Positions 26,191 through 34,561 of a stretch of 64,000 bases of DNA are shown here, one piece after another. The position numbers were made by a program, and so were the translations under genes. How positions within the stretch are numbered: the first letter of the stretch is position 1; each line of letters begins with the position of its first letter. The notes beneath the pieces were generated by a model that had not been told where the DNA came from, searched no databases, and saw nothing but the letters and a program-made list of their open reading frames with translations. Source of the DNA: Methanomassiliicoccales archaeon (lineage in GTDB: Archaea; Thermoplasmatota; Thermoplasmata; Methanomassiliicoccales; JAAEEP01); NCBI GenBank assembly GCA_035529155.1, contig DATKXF010000077.1, forward strand, positions 9,131 through 73,130. The letters are read 5' to 3'.

Positions 26191-27291
26191 TCAACGGATG
26201 AAATCGACATCGACGTCTCCGGCGGTCCTCATTTCCCTTGGACCCAGTATGTACTTGGACTTGACCCCGGTGATAACTACCATCACCCTTACCTTGTCCT
26301 CCAAAGTGGGATCGACAGTGGCACCCCAGATGATCCTGGCGTTGGGGGCGATTCTGGATTGGATGACCTCAGCCACCCTCTCGGCCTCAGACACGGTCAT
26401 GTCCGCTCCACCGATGACATTCACAAGTGCCCCGGAAGCGGTGCTGATGTCCACATCGATGAGCGGGGAGTTGATCGCCTCGTCTACCGCTTCATCTATG
26501 CGGTCCTCGTCCGAACCTTCTCCAAGACCGATCATCGCCACACCGCCTCCTCTCATGATCGTCCTGAGATCGTTGAAGTCAAGGTTGACCAGTCCGGGCT
26601 TGGTAATGAGCTCTGTGATTCCCTTGATCCCTCGCATAAGGATCTCGTCGGCCACCTTGAAAGCAGCGTTCAGTGAGAGTCTTGGAACAAGCTCAATAAG
26701 TTTGTCGTTGGGTATGACGATCACGGTATCGGCGACATTCCTAAGTCGCTCCAGGCCCCATTCGGCGTTCTCCATCCTGATGGTGCCCTCTGCCTTAAAG
26801 GGGGATGTGCAGATCGCGACCGTGAGAGCACCAAGTTCCTTGGCCAGCTGCGCCACGAATGGTGCCGCTCCCGTTCCGGTGCCACCACCAAGACCTGCGG
26901 TGATGAAAACAATATCTGCACCGGTGAGCACCTTCCTGAGGTCCTCCTCTGCCTCCCTGGCGGCCTCCTCGCCGACCTGGGGAAGCGCTCCAGCGCCGAG
27001 CCCACGTGTGCTCCTCCTGCCCAGGAGTATCTTGTTGGGAGCCTTCACAATAAGGAGATGTTGCGCGTCGGTATTCGCCGCAAATAGATCCGCTCCAATT
27101 ATTCCCGCCTCTACCAGGCGGTCGATGGTGTTTGACCCGCCGCCGCCACAGCCGATGATCTTGATGTTGGTCTTCAGGCTCGAGAGGATCCTCTCAAGCT
27201 CCTCATCGGCAGCGGAGTATTCCTTGTAGGGTGACATCTCCTCAGTCATCTCACCCATACGGGACAGTGTATCACTGACCAAAGACTTCAT
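26191..27291 (-). CDS. ftsZ: cell division GTPase FtsZ (tandem copy A)
   Basis: '[11 protein letters not shown]', '[12 protein letters not shown]' (tubulin signature) and 'NTDAQHL'. Start placed at the conserved 'MKSLV', which follows a GGAGGT SD. Confidence 0.9.
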   Translation of the reverse strand: MKSLVSDTLSRMGEMTEEMSPYKEYSAADEELERILSSLKTNIKIIGCGGGGSNTIDRLVEAGIIGADLFAANTDAQHLLIVKAPNKILLGRRSTRGLGAGALPQVGEEAAREAEEDLRKVLTGADIVFITAGLGGGTGTGAAPFVAQLAKELGALTVAICTSPFKAEGTIRMENAEWGLERLRNVADTVIVIPNDKLIELVPRLSLNAAFKVADEILMRGIKGITELITKPGLVNLDFNDLRTIMRGGGVAMIGLGEGSDEDRIDEAVDEAINSPLIDVDISTASGALVNVIGGADMTVSEAERVAEVIQSRIAPNARIIWGATVDPTLEDKVRVMVVITGVKSKYILGPREMRTAGDVDVDFIR

Positions 27292-27456
27292 TCTAAATAC
27301 CTCCTGGGCCCCTATCTTTCCTCTAAAAACTGGACTCATAGCCCAGTTACAGAGGGCTTACGTGCATTGCCACTTTAATAGGTTTCGGTAACCCTATCTA
27401 AAGGTGGACTGGCTATACCATCTTAACGGGGATTAAGATGTTGAAGGTGAAAGGAA

Positions 27457-27478
27457 GGGGCAAGGTTCCGCTTGCCCC
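27457..27478 (-). terminator. GC-rich hairpin between the two ftsZ copies
   Basis: GGGGCAAG-gttccg-CTTGCCCC is a perfect 8-bp stem, 19-40 nt downstream of the copy-B stop. No clear T-tract follows, so terminator function is uncertain. Confidence 0.3.
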
Positions 27479-27496
27479 CATTAGATTGATTCGATA

Positions 27497-28615
27497 CTAT
27501 CGAACTAGGTCGACCTCTGCACCCTTCAGGTGAGTTGGTGCGGTGCTCCTCCCCATTATCTGCTGGCTCTGTACACCGGTCATGACTACCATCACCCTCA
27601 TCTTATGTTCCAGCGCGGGGTCGATAGCGGCTCCCCAGATGATCCTGGCGTTGGGAGATACCCTCTGCTGTATCTCCTCGGCCACCTTTTCCGCCTCGGA
27701 GACGGTCATGTCAGGACCACCTAGCACGTTTACAAGAACTCCAGTCGCGGTACTGATGTCCACCTCCAGGAGCGGTGAATTTATGGCTTCCTCTATGGCC
27801 TCCATCGCCCTGTCCTCGGCGTGACCGTCGGCCTCTCCAAGGCCGATCATCGCGACGCCTCCTCCCTTCATGATCGTCCTGAGATCGTTGAAGTCAAGGT
27901 TGACCAGTCCGGGCTTGGTAATTAGCTCTGTGATTCCTTTTATGGCGCGCATCAACAGCTCGTCAGCCACCTTGAACGCGGCAGTGAGCGAGAGTCTTGG
28001 AACAAGCTCAATAAGTTTGTCGTTGGGTATGACGATCACGGTATCGGCGACATTCCTAAGTCGCTCCAGGCCCCATTCGGCGTTCTCCATCCTGTAGCGT
28101 CCCTCTCCTTTGAATGGTGTTGTTGTAATGGCCACGGTTAGAGCACCCAACTCCTTTGCTATGCCGGCAACTACCGATGCCCCACCAGTGCCAGTACCAC
28201 CGCCCATTCCTGCGGTGATGAAAACGATATGCTTGTCATGCAGACTCTTCCTGAGGTCCTCCTCTGCCTCCCTGGCGGCCTCCTCGCCGATCTGTGGAAG
28301 CGCTCCGGCGCCTAGCCCGCGTGTGCTCCTCCTTCCAAGTAGTATCTTCTTTGGCACGTTGATTGCGAGCAGGTGCTGGGCATCGGTATTGGCTGCGATG
28401 ACCTCTGCTCCGGCCACGCCTTCATCCCAGATCCTGGCGGCCGTGTTACTGCCACCGCCACCTACACCAATGATGGCGATATTGGTCTTGAGCTTCTGCA
28501 GTACCTCGATGAGTTCTGCCTCGATTGAACTGTTCTGTGAGTATGGACCCTGCTGTTCCCCATGAATCTGATTCCCGCCCTCTCTGGCCAGGGCTTCCTC
28601 AACCAGTGATTTCAT
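27497..28615 (-). CDS. ftsZ: cell division GTPase FtsZ (tandem copy B)
   Basis: '[11 protein letters not shown]', '[12 protein letters not shown]' and 'NTDAQHL'. Roughly 75-80% aa identity to copy A by eye. Start placed at the ATG of 'MKSLV', 5 nt after GGTGA. Confidence 0.9.
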   Translation of the reverse strand: MKSLVEEALAREGGNQIHGEQQGPYSQNSSIEAELIEVLQKLKTNIAIIGVGGGGSNTAARIWDEGVAGAEVIAANTDAQHLLAINVPKKILLGRRSTRGLGAGALPQIGEEAAREAEEDLRKSLHDKHIVFITAGMGGGTGTGGASVVAGIAKELGALTVAITTTPFKGEGRYRMENAEWGLERLRNVADTVIVIPNDKLIELVPRLSLTAAFKVADELLMRAIKGITELITKPGLVNLDFNDLRTIMKGGGVAMIGLGEADGHAEDRAMEAIEEAINSPLLEVDISTATGVLVNVLGGPDMTVSEAEKVAEEIQQRVSPNARIIWGAAIDPALEHKMRVMVVMTGVQSQQIMGRSTAPTHLKGAEVDLVR

Positions 28616-28783
28616 TCCCTTCACCTTTTTAAGATTAAAACGCGCGCTCTATATGGAGAGACGTGCATCCCATTCACTCTGTTGATTGAGGATTCCGATA
28701 TTTATATTTTCGTTAAGCAATGGAGTTTCCGGCAATAGTCTGGGCAAAACTTCTTTCACGGATTAAAGATATGATGCAATGAC

Positions 28784-29068
28784 ATGAAGAAGAGGGCTGA
28801 TGCAAGGTTCACGGGCAAGGTTCAGGGAGTCTACTTCCGAGACTTCACCTGCAGATACTCGAATGAGCTGGGAGTCAGGGGGTGGGTGATGAACTGTCCT
28901 GACGGGACCGTCAGGGCGGTCTTTGAGGGTGAGGAGTCGAACATACTCGAGGTCATCAGGCGCCTCAGAGAGGAGCATCCAATGGCTCGAGTGGATGGAT
29001 TCGATCTCAAGTGGTCTGAGTTCATCGGCGATTTTCAGAAGTTTGAAACCAGGTATTTCGACCTATAG
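28784..29068 (+). CDS. acyP: acylphosphatase
   Basis: 'GKVQGVYFRDFT...GVRGWVMNCPDGTV' is the acylphosphatase signature. Length is 94 aa. Confidence 0.85.
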   Translation: MKKRADARFTGKVQGVYFRDFTCRYSNELGVRGWVMNCPDGTVRAVFEGEESNILEVIRRLREEHPMARVDGFDLKWSEFIGDFQKFETRYFDL

Positions 29069-29905
29069 TCCAAATTCCACGCCATATACCCTCTCGGGAT
29101 TGTCCTTGTGAATTTTCCAAGCGTCTTCCTCAGACAGAACGCCGGATTCGATCAGCCCCTTCGTCCTCCTCGGAACGGTCTTGATGTCCATCACTGCTCC
29201 AGGTCTCTTGGGGTCATCGAGAAAGTCGGTCTCCATTAGGAACCGTGTGCCCTTCTCGAGTGCCTCATTAATGGCTGGCCTGCTTGATAGGACCGAGGGG
29301 AAGAGCCCATGATTCTCTTCCTTCAGGACCAATGGTGGAGAGTAGTGCTTGACCACCCGATCTCTCTTCAATCCCACAGAATCTGCCATGAGGGCGAACT
29401 CCAACATCTGTTCCGGTTCTGAGTGTTCGGTATGAAGCACAACGGCACAGTCCACCTCACGCGCCAGCTTCATCCCGTAGAGCATTATCTCATTTGAAGC
29501 GTCCAAGATCTCTTTCGAGACTGGGAAGTGAGGTCTGCCGATCTCTCCAAGTGCTAATGCTTTACCCTCCATAACGAACTGTTGGGCGATTTCCATCCCC
29601 TTCATCATTATGCCCTTTGCCTTTTCCAGACCGTGTCGCTTGGAAAGGCTGAGAAGGAGAACTGGATATGGGCCGAGCGTGACATGCAATCTCACTTCGG
29701 TTTCCTGATTGCATCTCTCTGCGATGCCAGTTGTGATGAGGTAAGAATCCCGGAAGTCCTCGGCATTCCTTATGGGCACTTCACCGTAGGGGAGATGGGA
29801 AAGTATGGCATGGGTTCCACCCACGCGCTGAAAATCTTTGATTGCCTCTATGTTCCTTCCCTTGGGTTGCAGGTGGATGTGATTGTCCAGTATGGGAAAT
29901 CTCAT
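29063..29905 (-). CDS. TatD-related metal-dependent hydrolase
   Basis: The N-terminal 'ILDNHIHL' metal-binding motif, an internal 'VVLHTEH', and the 280 aa length fit the archaeal TatD-related family. Confidence 0.65.
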   Translation of the reverse strand: MRFPILDNHIHLQPKGRNIEAIKDFQRVGGTHAILSHLPYGEVPIRNAEDFRDSYLITTGIAERCNQETEVRLHVTLGPYPVLLLSLSKRHGLEKAKGIMMKGMEIAQQFVMEGKALALGEIGRPHFPVSKEILDASNEIMLYGMKLAREVDCAVVLHTEHSEPEQMLEFALMADSVGLKRDRVVKHYSPPLVLKEENHGLFPSVLSSRPAINEALEKGTRFLMETDFLDDPKRPGAVMDIKTVPRRTKGLIESGVLSEEDAWKIHKDNPERVYGVEFGL

Positions 29906-29907
29906 GC

Positions 29908-30456
29908 CTACCTGAGCAGACCGGCAGCCCTGAGCTCCTCGGTGATCTTGGCCACCGCGGCTTCAACATCCTGGGGCTTCCTGGCACCTGTGCACACAAG
30001 CTTTCCGGATCCGAAGAGTAGGACAACGACTTTGGGCACATCGATCCTGTATACGAGGCCCGGAAATTGCTCGGGCTCGTATTCTACCTTCTCCAAACCC
30101 AGTGAGATAGCAATGGCATTGAGATTGATCTCCTGCTCAAGGTCTGAGGATGCCACGATGTTCTGGACCTCAATAACCGGTTCGATGGTAAGCTTGACAC
30201 CAGCATCCTTGACCTGCTTAGCCACCTTGCTGATAGCGACCTTGACGTCATCGAGGCTCTTTGCACCTGTACAAACGACCTTTCCGCTCCTGAAGAGTAG
30301 TGTAGCTGTCTTTGGCTCTTTGAGCCGGTAAATGAGTCCAGGGAATTGCTCGGGCTCGTACTCGGCGCCGTCCAAGGCGAGGGCTATTGATTGGAGGTCA
30401 AGCTCCTCACCGAGGGATGTCGACGCCACGACGTTCTCGATCTTGATCTTGGCCAT
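29908..30456 (-). CDS. tbp: TATA-box binding protein
   Basis: Two direct repeats 'IENVVAS...EYEPEQFPGLIYR...LLFRSGKVVCTGAKS' and 'VQNIVAS...EYEPEQFPGLVYR...LLFGSGKLVCTGARK'. Confidence 0.95.
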   Translation of the reverse strand: MAKIKIENVVASTSLGEELDLQSIALALDGAEYEPEQFPGLIYRLKEPKTATLLFRSGKVVCTGAKSLDDVKVAISKVAKQVKDAGVKLTIEPVIEVQNIVASSDLEQEINLNAIAISLGLEKVEYEPEQFPGLVYRIDVPKVVVLLFGSGKLVCTGARKPQDVEAAVAKITEELRAAGLLR

Positions 30457-30470
30457 TAGGTCACCGGGGC

Positions 30471-30486
30471 GGGTATTTAAATACCC
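30471..30486. promoter_or_regulatory. perfect 16-bp palindrome GGGTATTTAAATACCC containing a TATA-like core, 15-30 nt upstream of the tbp ATG
   Basis: Read directly from the sequence. A second TATA-like 'GTTTATATAC' follows at 30487-30496, and a 6-bp inverted repeat ATGGCA-gccg-TGCCAT lies at 30509-30524. Confidence 0.4.
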
Positions 30487-30804
30487 GTTTATATACCTTT
30501 TGTGTTATGGCAGCCGTGCCATAAGTAATAGATTAACATTCTTAAAATCAGTATTTAATCAAATATTCACTTTTTTAAGGCATGGTTATTTGAATATACT
30601 TTTTTGGAAAGATGATTTCTCAGGCAATATTGGGAATTCTTCTTGAGGATCCCAAGTAGGGGATCAATTCAACTCTGTCGTGCCTCCTTTCGAAGGAAGG
30701 AACGGCCATACTTGCGAGAAGATTATATACATATACTAACATAATGACAGATGTCCGACGGTGTGTGTGATAGCGTCGGACAAACGCGCGCGAAGAGTTG
30801 TATC

Positions 30805-31116
30805 ATGACCGATACAGAGAGGATTACTGTTAGGGTTCCTTCAGACAAGCTACTAGCATTGCAGACTCTTGTGAAGACAGGAGCTTATCCTACAGTCTCT
30901 GATGCCATCAGATCGGCCATCGAGAGCTTCGTCGACAAGCACTTCACCCCCGACTATATCGAGAGGGTAACGGTGGAGCTGCCCAAAGGTAACGTCGTGG
31001 AGCTGGAGGGGCTGGTCAAGGATGGCGATTCTATATCGATCGATGATGCAATAAGAAACGCGGTCAGAGAGTATATCCGCAAGCGGATAACCCGCGCCAT
31101 GGAAGAGATGAAGTGA
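30805..31116 (+). CDS. tandem ribbon-helix-helix (CopG-family) protein, CdrS-like by position upstream of ftsZ
   Basis: Two RHH modules sit in one chain: 'ERITVRVPSDKLLALQTLVKTGAYPTVSDAIRSAIESFVDKH' and 'ERVTVELPKGNVVELEGLVKDGDSISIDDAIRNAVREYIRKR'. The stop is 13 nt before the ftsZ-like ORF. Confidence 0.65.
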   Translation: MTDTERITVRVPSDKLLALQTLVKTGAYPTVSDAIRSAIESFVDKHFTPDYIERVTVELPKGNVVELEGLVKDGDSISIDDAIRNAVREYIRKRITRAMEEMK

Positions 31117-31129
31117 CCCCCCGTTTGGG

Positions 31130-32182
31130 ATGCACGGGGTGATGGCATTGCAATGGGACCAATACGGTGACGAATACCTAGAGGAAGAGCTTCACCCGTT
31201 AAAGATACTCGTCATAGGTTGCGGTGGAGGAGGATGCAACAGCATCAACCGCCTCAACCGGATCGGTATCGAAGGAGCTGAGACTATCGCCATCAATACC
31301 GACAAGAGACATCTCAGGACGATCAATGCCGATAAGAGGCTCCTAATAGGGATGGAGGTCACCCGAGGTCTGGGAGCGGGCGGCAATCCCGACATCGGGA
31401 TGCACTGCGTTTTGAACGCAGGGGGAGCCTTGAATCAAGTCCTTCAGGGAGCAGATCTCACCTTCATAACGGTGGGAATGGGCGGAGGCACCGGTACCGG
31501 CACCGCCCCGGTGGTAGCCGAGATGGCCAAGCGTCACGGGTCGCTGGTGATCTCGATAGCCACGACTCCTTTTGGCTTCGAGGGAAACAGAACCGATATA
31601 GCATCCAGGGGGCTGAGGCGTTTGGACACAAACTCCGATACGCTTCTGATTCTGGACAATAACCGTCTGTTGGAAATGGTCCCCAATCTACCCATGGAGC
31701 AAGCCCTGGGAGTAATGGACCTTCTTATCTCCGAGATCATAAGAGGCCTCATCGAGGCAATCACCGAGCCGTCCCTCATCAACCTGGACTTCGCTGACCT
31801 CTGCAGCGTTCTCAGCCAGGGCGGCATCTCCACCCTGCTATATGGTGAGAGCTCGGACCCGGAGGGCGTGGTGGTGGACGCTTTCAACAATCCTCTTCTG
31901 GACATCGACCTCAGCGGGGCCACTGGAGCCCTCATCCATATCACAGGCGGGAACAACCTGACCCTGAGAAGGGTCGAAAAGATCATCAAAGGAATCTCTC
32001 AGTACCTAGATCCAAGAGCCAATCTCATCTGTGGAACCAGGATTGACGAGGCATATGAGGGGCAGATAAGGGTAATGGCCGTGATCACGGGAATTGCAGA
32101 TATTGCTGAGGATTCGGCCTATGAGGATGAGATTGAGGTCGATCAGGGGATCGAAGGCGCTTTGGTCCGATATGATCCTTGA
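31130..32182 (+). CDS. ftsZ: FtsZ-family tubulin-like GTPase (divergent third paralog, FtsZ2-like)
   Basis: 'VIGCGGGGCNS', '[12 protein letters not shown]' and 'NTDKRHL'. Clearly more divergent from copies A and B than they are from each other. Confidence 0.85.
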   Translation: MHGVMALQWDQYGDEYLEEELHPLKILVIGCGGGGCNSINRLNRIGIEGAETIAINTDKRHLRTINADKRLLIGMEVTRGLGAGGNPDIGMHCVLNAGGALNQVLQGADLTFITVGMGGGTGTGTAPVVAEMAKRHGSLVISIATTPFGFEGNRTDIASRGLRRLDTNSDTLLILDNNRLLEMVPNLPMEQALGVMDLLISEIIRGLIEAITEPSLINLDFADLCSVLSQGGISTLLYGESSDPEGVVVDAFNNPLLDIDLSGATGALIHITGGNNLTLRRVEKIIKGISQYLDPRANLICGTRIDEAYEGQIRVMAVITGIADIAEDSAYEDEIEVDQGIEGALVRYDP

Positions 32183-32227
32183 GTTCCTGCAACGACGGTC
32201 GACAAGTGAAATCACGATCCGAGAAGA

Positions 32228-32941
32228 TCATCGATTTTCCTTTTCCTCTCTAATGAGGTCCGCCGCATCTGCAAGCACCCCCATGATCGTGTAGAACTCC
32301 CACTTTGTGGGCACCGCCCTCCCCATCAATCTCCTGAACATGACCTCCGTCTTCTCCCGCCGAAAATCAGGGTAGTCTATAGCGTCCAAAAGGTCCGCGA
32401 AGAACTCGAACAGCTTCTCCCTCTCGATATCTGAGGCCTCGGGCGGGGAGGGAACATCGCCCCCCAGCAGGCTCAGCTCGTAAAGGATGACCGCTACCGC
32501 ATGGGAGAGGTTCAGAACGGGGTACGCCTCGGTCGTAGGGATGTGCACCAGGAGATCGCAGCGGAGCAGCTCCTCCTGGAAGAGGCCCAGGTCCTCTCTC
32601 CCGAAGAGCAGGGCCACCGTGCCCTCGTGACCCCCCATCTTGCTGGCGAACTCTCTTGCCGTGATCGGAATCCGAATGAAATGCTTCTCTCCGGGAGACA
32701 CTATCCCCGATGTGCCAACGGCCATCGATACCGAATCCAAAGCATCGTCCAGAGAACTCACCACCTTCGCATCATCAAGTATGTAGTTGGCGTGTTTTGC
32801 CCTTTTACGAGCCTCGTCAGTTATCTCACAGGGGTCAACCAGCCAGAGATCCTTGAATCCGAAGTTGCCCATGACCCTGGCGACCGCCCCCACGTTTCCA
32901 TCGATCTTGGGGTTGACCAGGACCACCCTGAACCTTGGCAT
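32228..32941 (-). CDS. SpoU/TrmH-family RNA 2'-O-methyltransferase (TrmJ-like)
   Basis: 'VVLVNPKIDGNVGAVARVMGNFG' and 'LLFGREDLGL...IPT....VLNLSHAVAVILYEL' are SPOUT motifs. Confidence 0.75.
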   Translation of the reverse strand: MPRFRVVLVNPKIDGNVGAVARVMGNFGFKDLWLVDPCEITDEARKRAKHANYILDDAKVVSSLDDALDSVSMAVGTSGIVSPGEKHFIRIPITAREFASKMGGHEGTVALLFGREDLGLFQEELLRCDLLVHIPTTEAYPVLNLSHAVAVILYELSLLGGDVPSPPEASDIEREKLFEFFADLLDAIDYPDFRREKTEVMFRRLMGRAVPTKWEFYTIMGVLADAADLIREEKENR

Positions 32942-32986
32942 ATTCTCCTCGGAAGTCTTATAGTGATTTCATACTTTCTAAGGAGC

Positions 32987-33790
32987 ATGGTTTGGAGGGC
33001 AGCAGTCAAGATCGCCTACGACGGCCATAGTTTCATGGGGTCTCAGAGGCAGCCGGATAAGTATACGGTCGAGGGAGAAATGATCAGGTCCCTCCAGAAG
33101 ATCGGTGCCATAGAGTCCCTGCCACACGCCAGGTTCAAGGTCGCCTCGAGGACCGACCGGGGGGTTAGCGCTCTTGGAAATGTGGTGGCCTTCGATACCG
33201 ATTTCGACGAGGATCAGCTCATCAGGGCTCTCAACGCGGTCTCAAGTGAGGTGTTCTACTATGCAATGGCCAAGGTGCCAACGATCTTCTCGCCCAGGCG
33301 GGCTAGTGAAAGGTGGTACAGGTTCGTCCTTCCTTCAGCAGGAATCGATGTGGACACGGTGTGCACGGCAGCCTCGATACTCAAGGGAAAGCACGATTTC
33401 AGGAGATTCTGCAAGAACGACGACCGGAATACAGTGAGGATACTGAAGGAGGTGAGGGTACTTCCGCTGGGCAACTGGTTGGTGATCGATTTCAAAGCCA
33501 GGGAGTTCCTCAGGAACATGGTCCGTAGGATGGTGGCAGCACTGGAATCGGTGGGAAGGGGTACGGCCACCATCAAGGAATTGGAGAAAGCTCTGGAAGG
33601 GGAGGACAAATCCTTTGGGCTGGCGAGTCCAGAGAACCTGTGCCTCATGGACATCAAGTACCATTTCGATTTTGAGATCCAATGCCCCAAGACGCTCAAG
33701 AGGAAGATTAGCGACAGAGAGGAGGACGCATTCCTCAGGTTGGATTTCTACAGAGAACTGACCAATAAGTGTCTACCCGCCGATCGATAG
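32987..33790 (+). CDS. truA: tRNA pseudouridine synthase A
   Basis: 'KIAYDGHSFMGSQRQP' and 'ASRTDRGVSALGNVV' (catalytic Asp). Start set at the ATG at 32987, because the upstream 162 codons of the track ORF are antisense to the methyltransferase gene. Confidence 0.85.
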   Translation: MVWRAAVKIAYDGHSFMGSQRQPDKYTVEGEMIRSLQKIGAIESLPHARFKVASRTDRGVSALGNVVAFDTDFDEDQLIRALNAVSSEVFYYAMAKVPTIFSPRRASERWYRFVLPSAGIDVDTVCTAASILKGKHDFRRFCKNDDRNTVRILKEVRVLPLGNWLVIDFKAREFLRNMVRRMVAALESVGRGTATIKELEKALEGEDKSFGLASPENLCLMDIKYHFDFEIQCPKTLKRKISDREEDAFLRLDFYRELTNKCLPADR

Positions 33791-33903
33791 ACGACCGCGA
33801 GTTATTATCATATTTAAAAATAACTGTAGCATGCTCAAACAGTCTTTTTATAAACCGATTCAGTTGATTTTCATACTCCAAACAATGGAGTAGATGGAGA
33901 AAG

Positions 33904-33962
33904 GCCCGCGGGGCAACGTTCGCAGGGTTCGATCCTGCGAACAACTATTTTTCCCCGCAGGC
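33904..33962 (+). other. nested stem-loop with a T-loop-like GTTCGAT hairpin, 13 nt upstream of the Fap7-like start
   Basis: Outer stem GCCCGCGGGG (33904-13) pairs with CCCCGCAGGC (33953-62), 9/10 bp. Inner perfect 9-bp stem GTTCGCAGG-GTTCGAT-CCTGCGAAC (33918-42). 'TATTTTT' follows the inner hairpin. Confidence 0.3.
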
Positions 33963-33974
33963 TCATTCAGTGAT

Positions 33975-34502
33975 GTGCTGATCGCGTTAACAGGTACTCC
34001 AGGTGTGGGCAAGAGTACGGTCGCTTCGATGCTCTCCAAGAGAGGATATGAGGTAATGGAGCTCTCCCGAATAATCAAAGACAAAGATCTTCTGGGCGAT
34101 TTCGACGAAGCCAGGGAGACCTACGAGGTGGACGTTGAAAAGCTGGACATGGAGATCTTGGAGCTTCCCCAGGATCGTCCTCTTATCCTTGTGGGGCACC
34201 TTTCACACCTTCTTTCCGTCCATCTAGTAATCATCCTGAGATGTAGTCCCTCAGTTCTTCGAAAGAGGCTTTCTGGCAGAGGATGGAGCGAGTCAAAGGT
34301 CCAGGAGAACCTGGAGGCCGAGGCTTGCGACGTCATCCTAATAGAGGCGCTCGACTCGGGTCTGGATGTGTGTGAGATAGACACCACCAAGCTCTCACCA
34401 GATTCAGTCGTTGACGGGGTGGAGGATATCATCCAGGGGGAAAGGGAGAAGTATGCACCAGGGAATATCGACTGGAGCGAGGAGGTGCTTGACTGGTTCT
34501 AG
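33975..34502 (+). CDS. Fap7/adenylate kinase isoenzyme-6-like nucleoside kinase
   Basis: A GTG start gives 'MLIALTGTPGVGKSTVA' (P-loop at the extreme N-terminus, as in Fap7). 'VGHLSH' is present. Length is about 175 aa. Confidence 0.7.
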   Translation: MLIALTGTPGVGKSTVASMLSKRGYEVMELSRIIKDKDLLGDFDEARETYEVDVEKLDMEILELPQDRPLILVGHLSHLLSVHLVIILRCSPSVLRKRLSGRGWSESKVQENLEAEACDVILIEALDSGLDVCEIDTTKLSPDSVVDGVEDIIQGEREKYAPGNIDWSEEVLDWF

Positions 34503-34561
34503 ACTCGAAGAGGGAGAGTGCCGATCCATTCCTTGAACCCATTGCCAGGAAGCTCATAAGG

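Noticed and set aside
26198-27229. Long antisense ORFs opposite well-supported genes, for example 26198-27229 (+) opposite ftsZ, 5087-5851 (+) opposite the P-type ATPase, 29582-30331 (+) opposite TatD/tbp, 48481-49203 (-) opposite rpoA'', and 55353-56609 (-) opposite aglB
   Set aside because: Their translations are low-complexity (Ser/Pro/Arg/Ala-rich) with no motifs. The opposite strand carries unmistakable family signatures. Long shadow ORFs are expected in GC-biased coding DNA.
32501-32986. N-terminal 162 codons of the 429-aa track ORF that ends as TruA
   Set aside because: This part is antisense to the SpoU/TrmJ-like gene and has no homology. TruA homology begins exactly at the ATG at 32987 ('MVWRAAVKIAYDGHSF').
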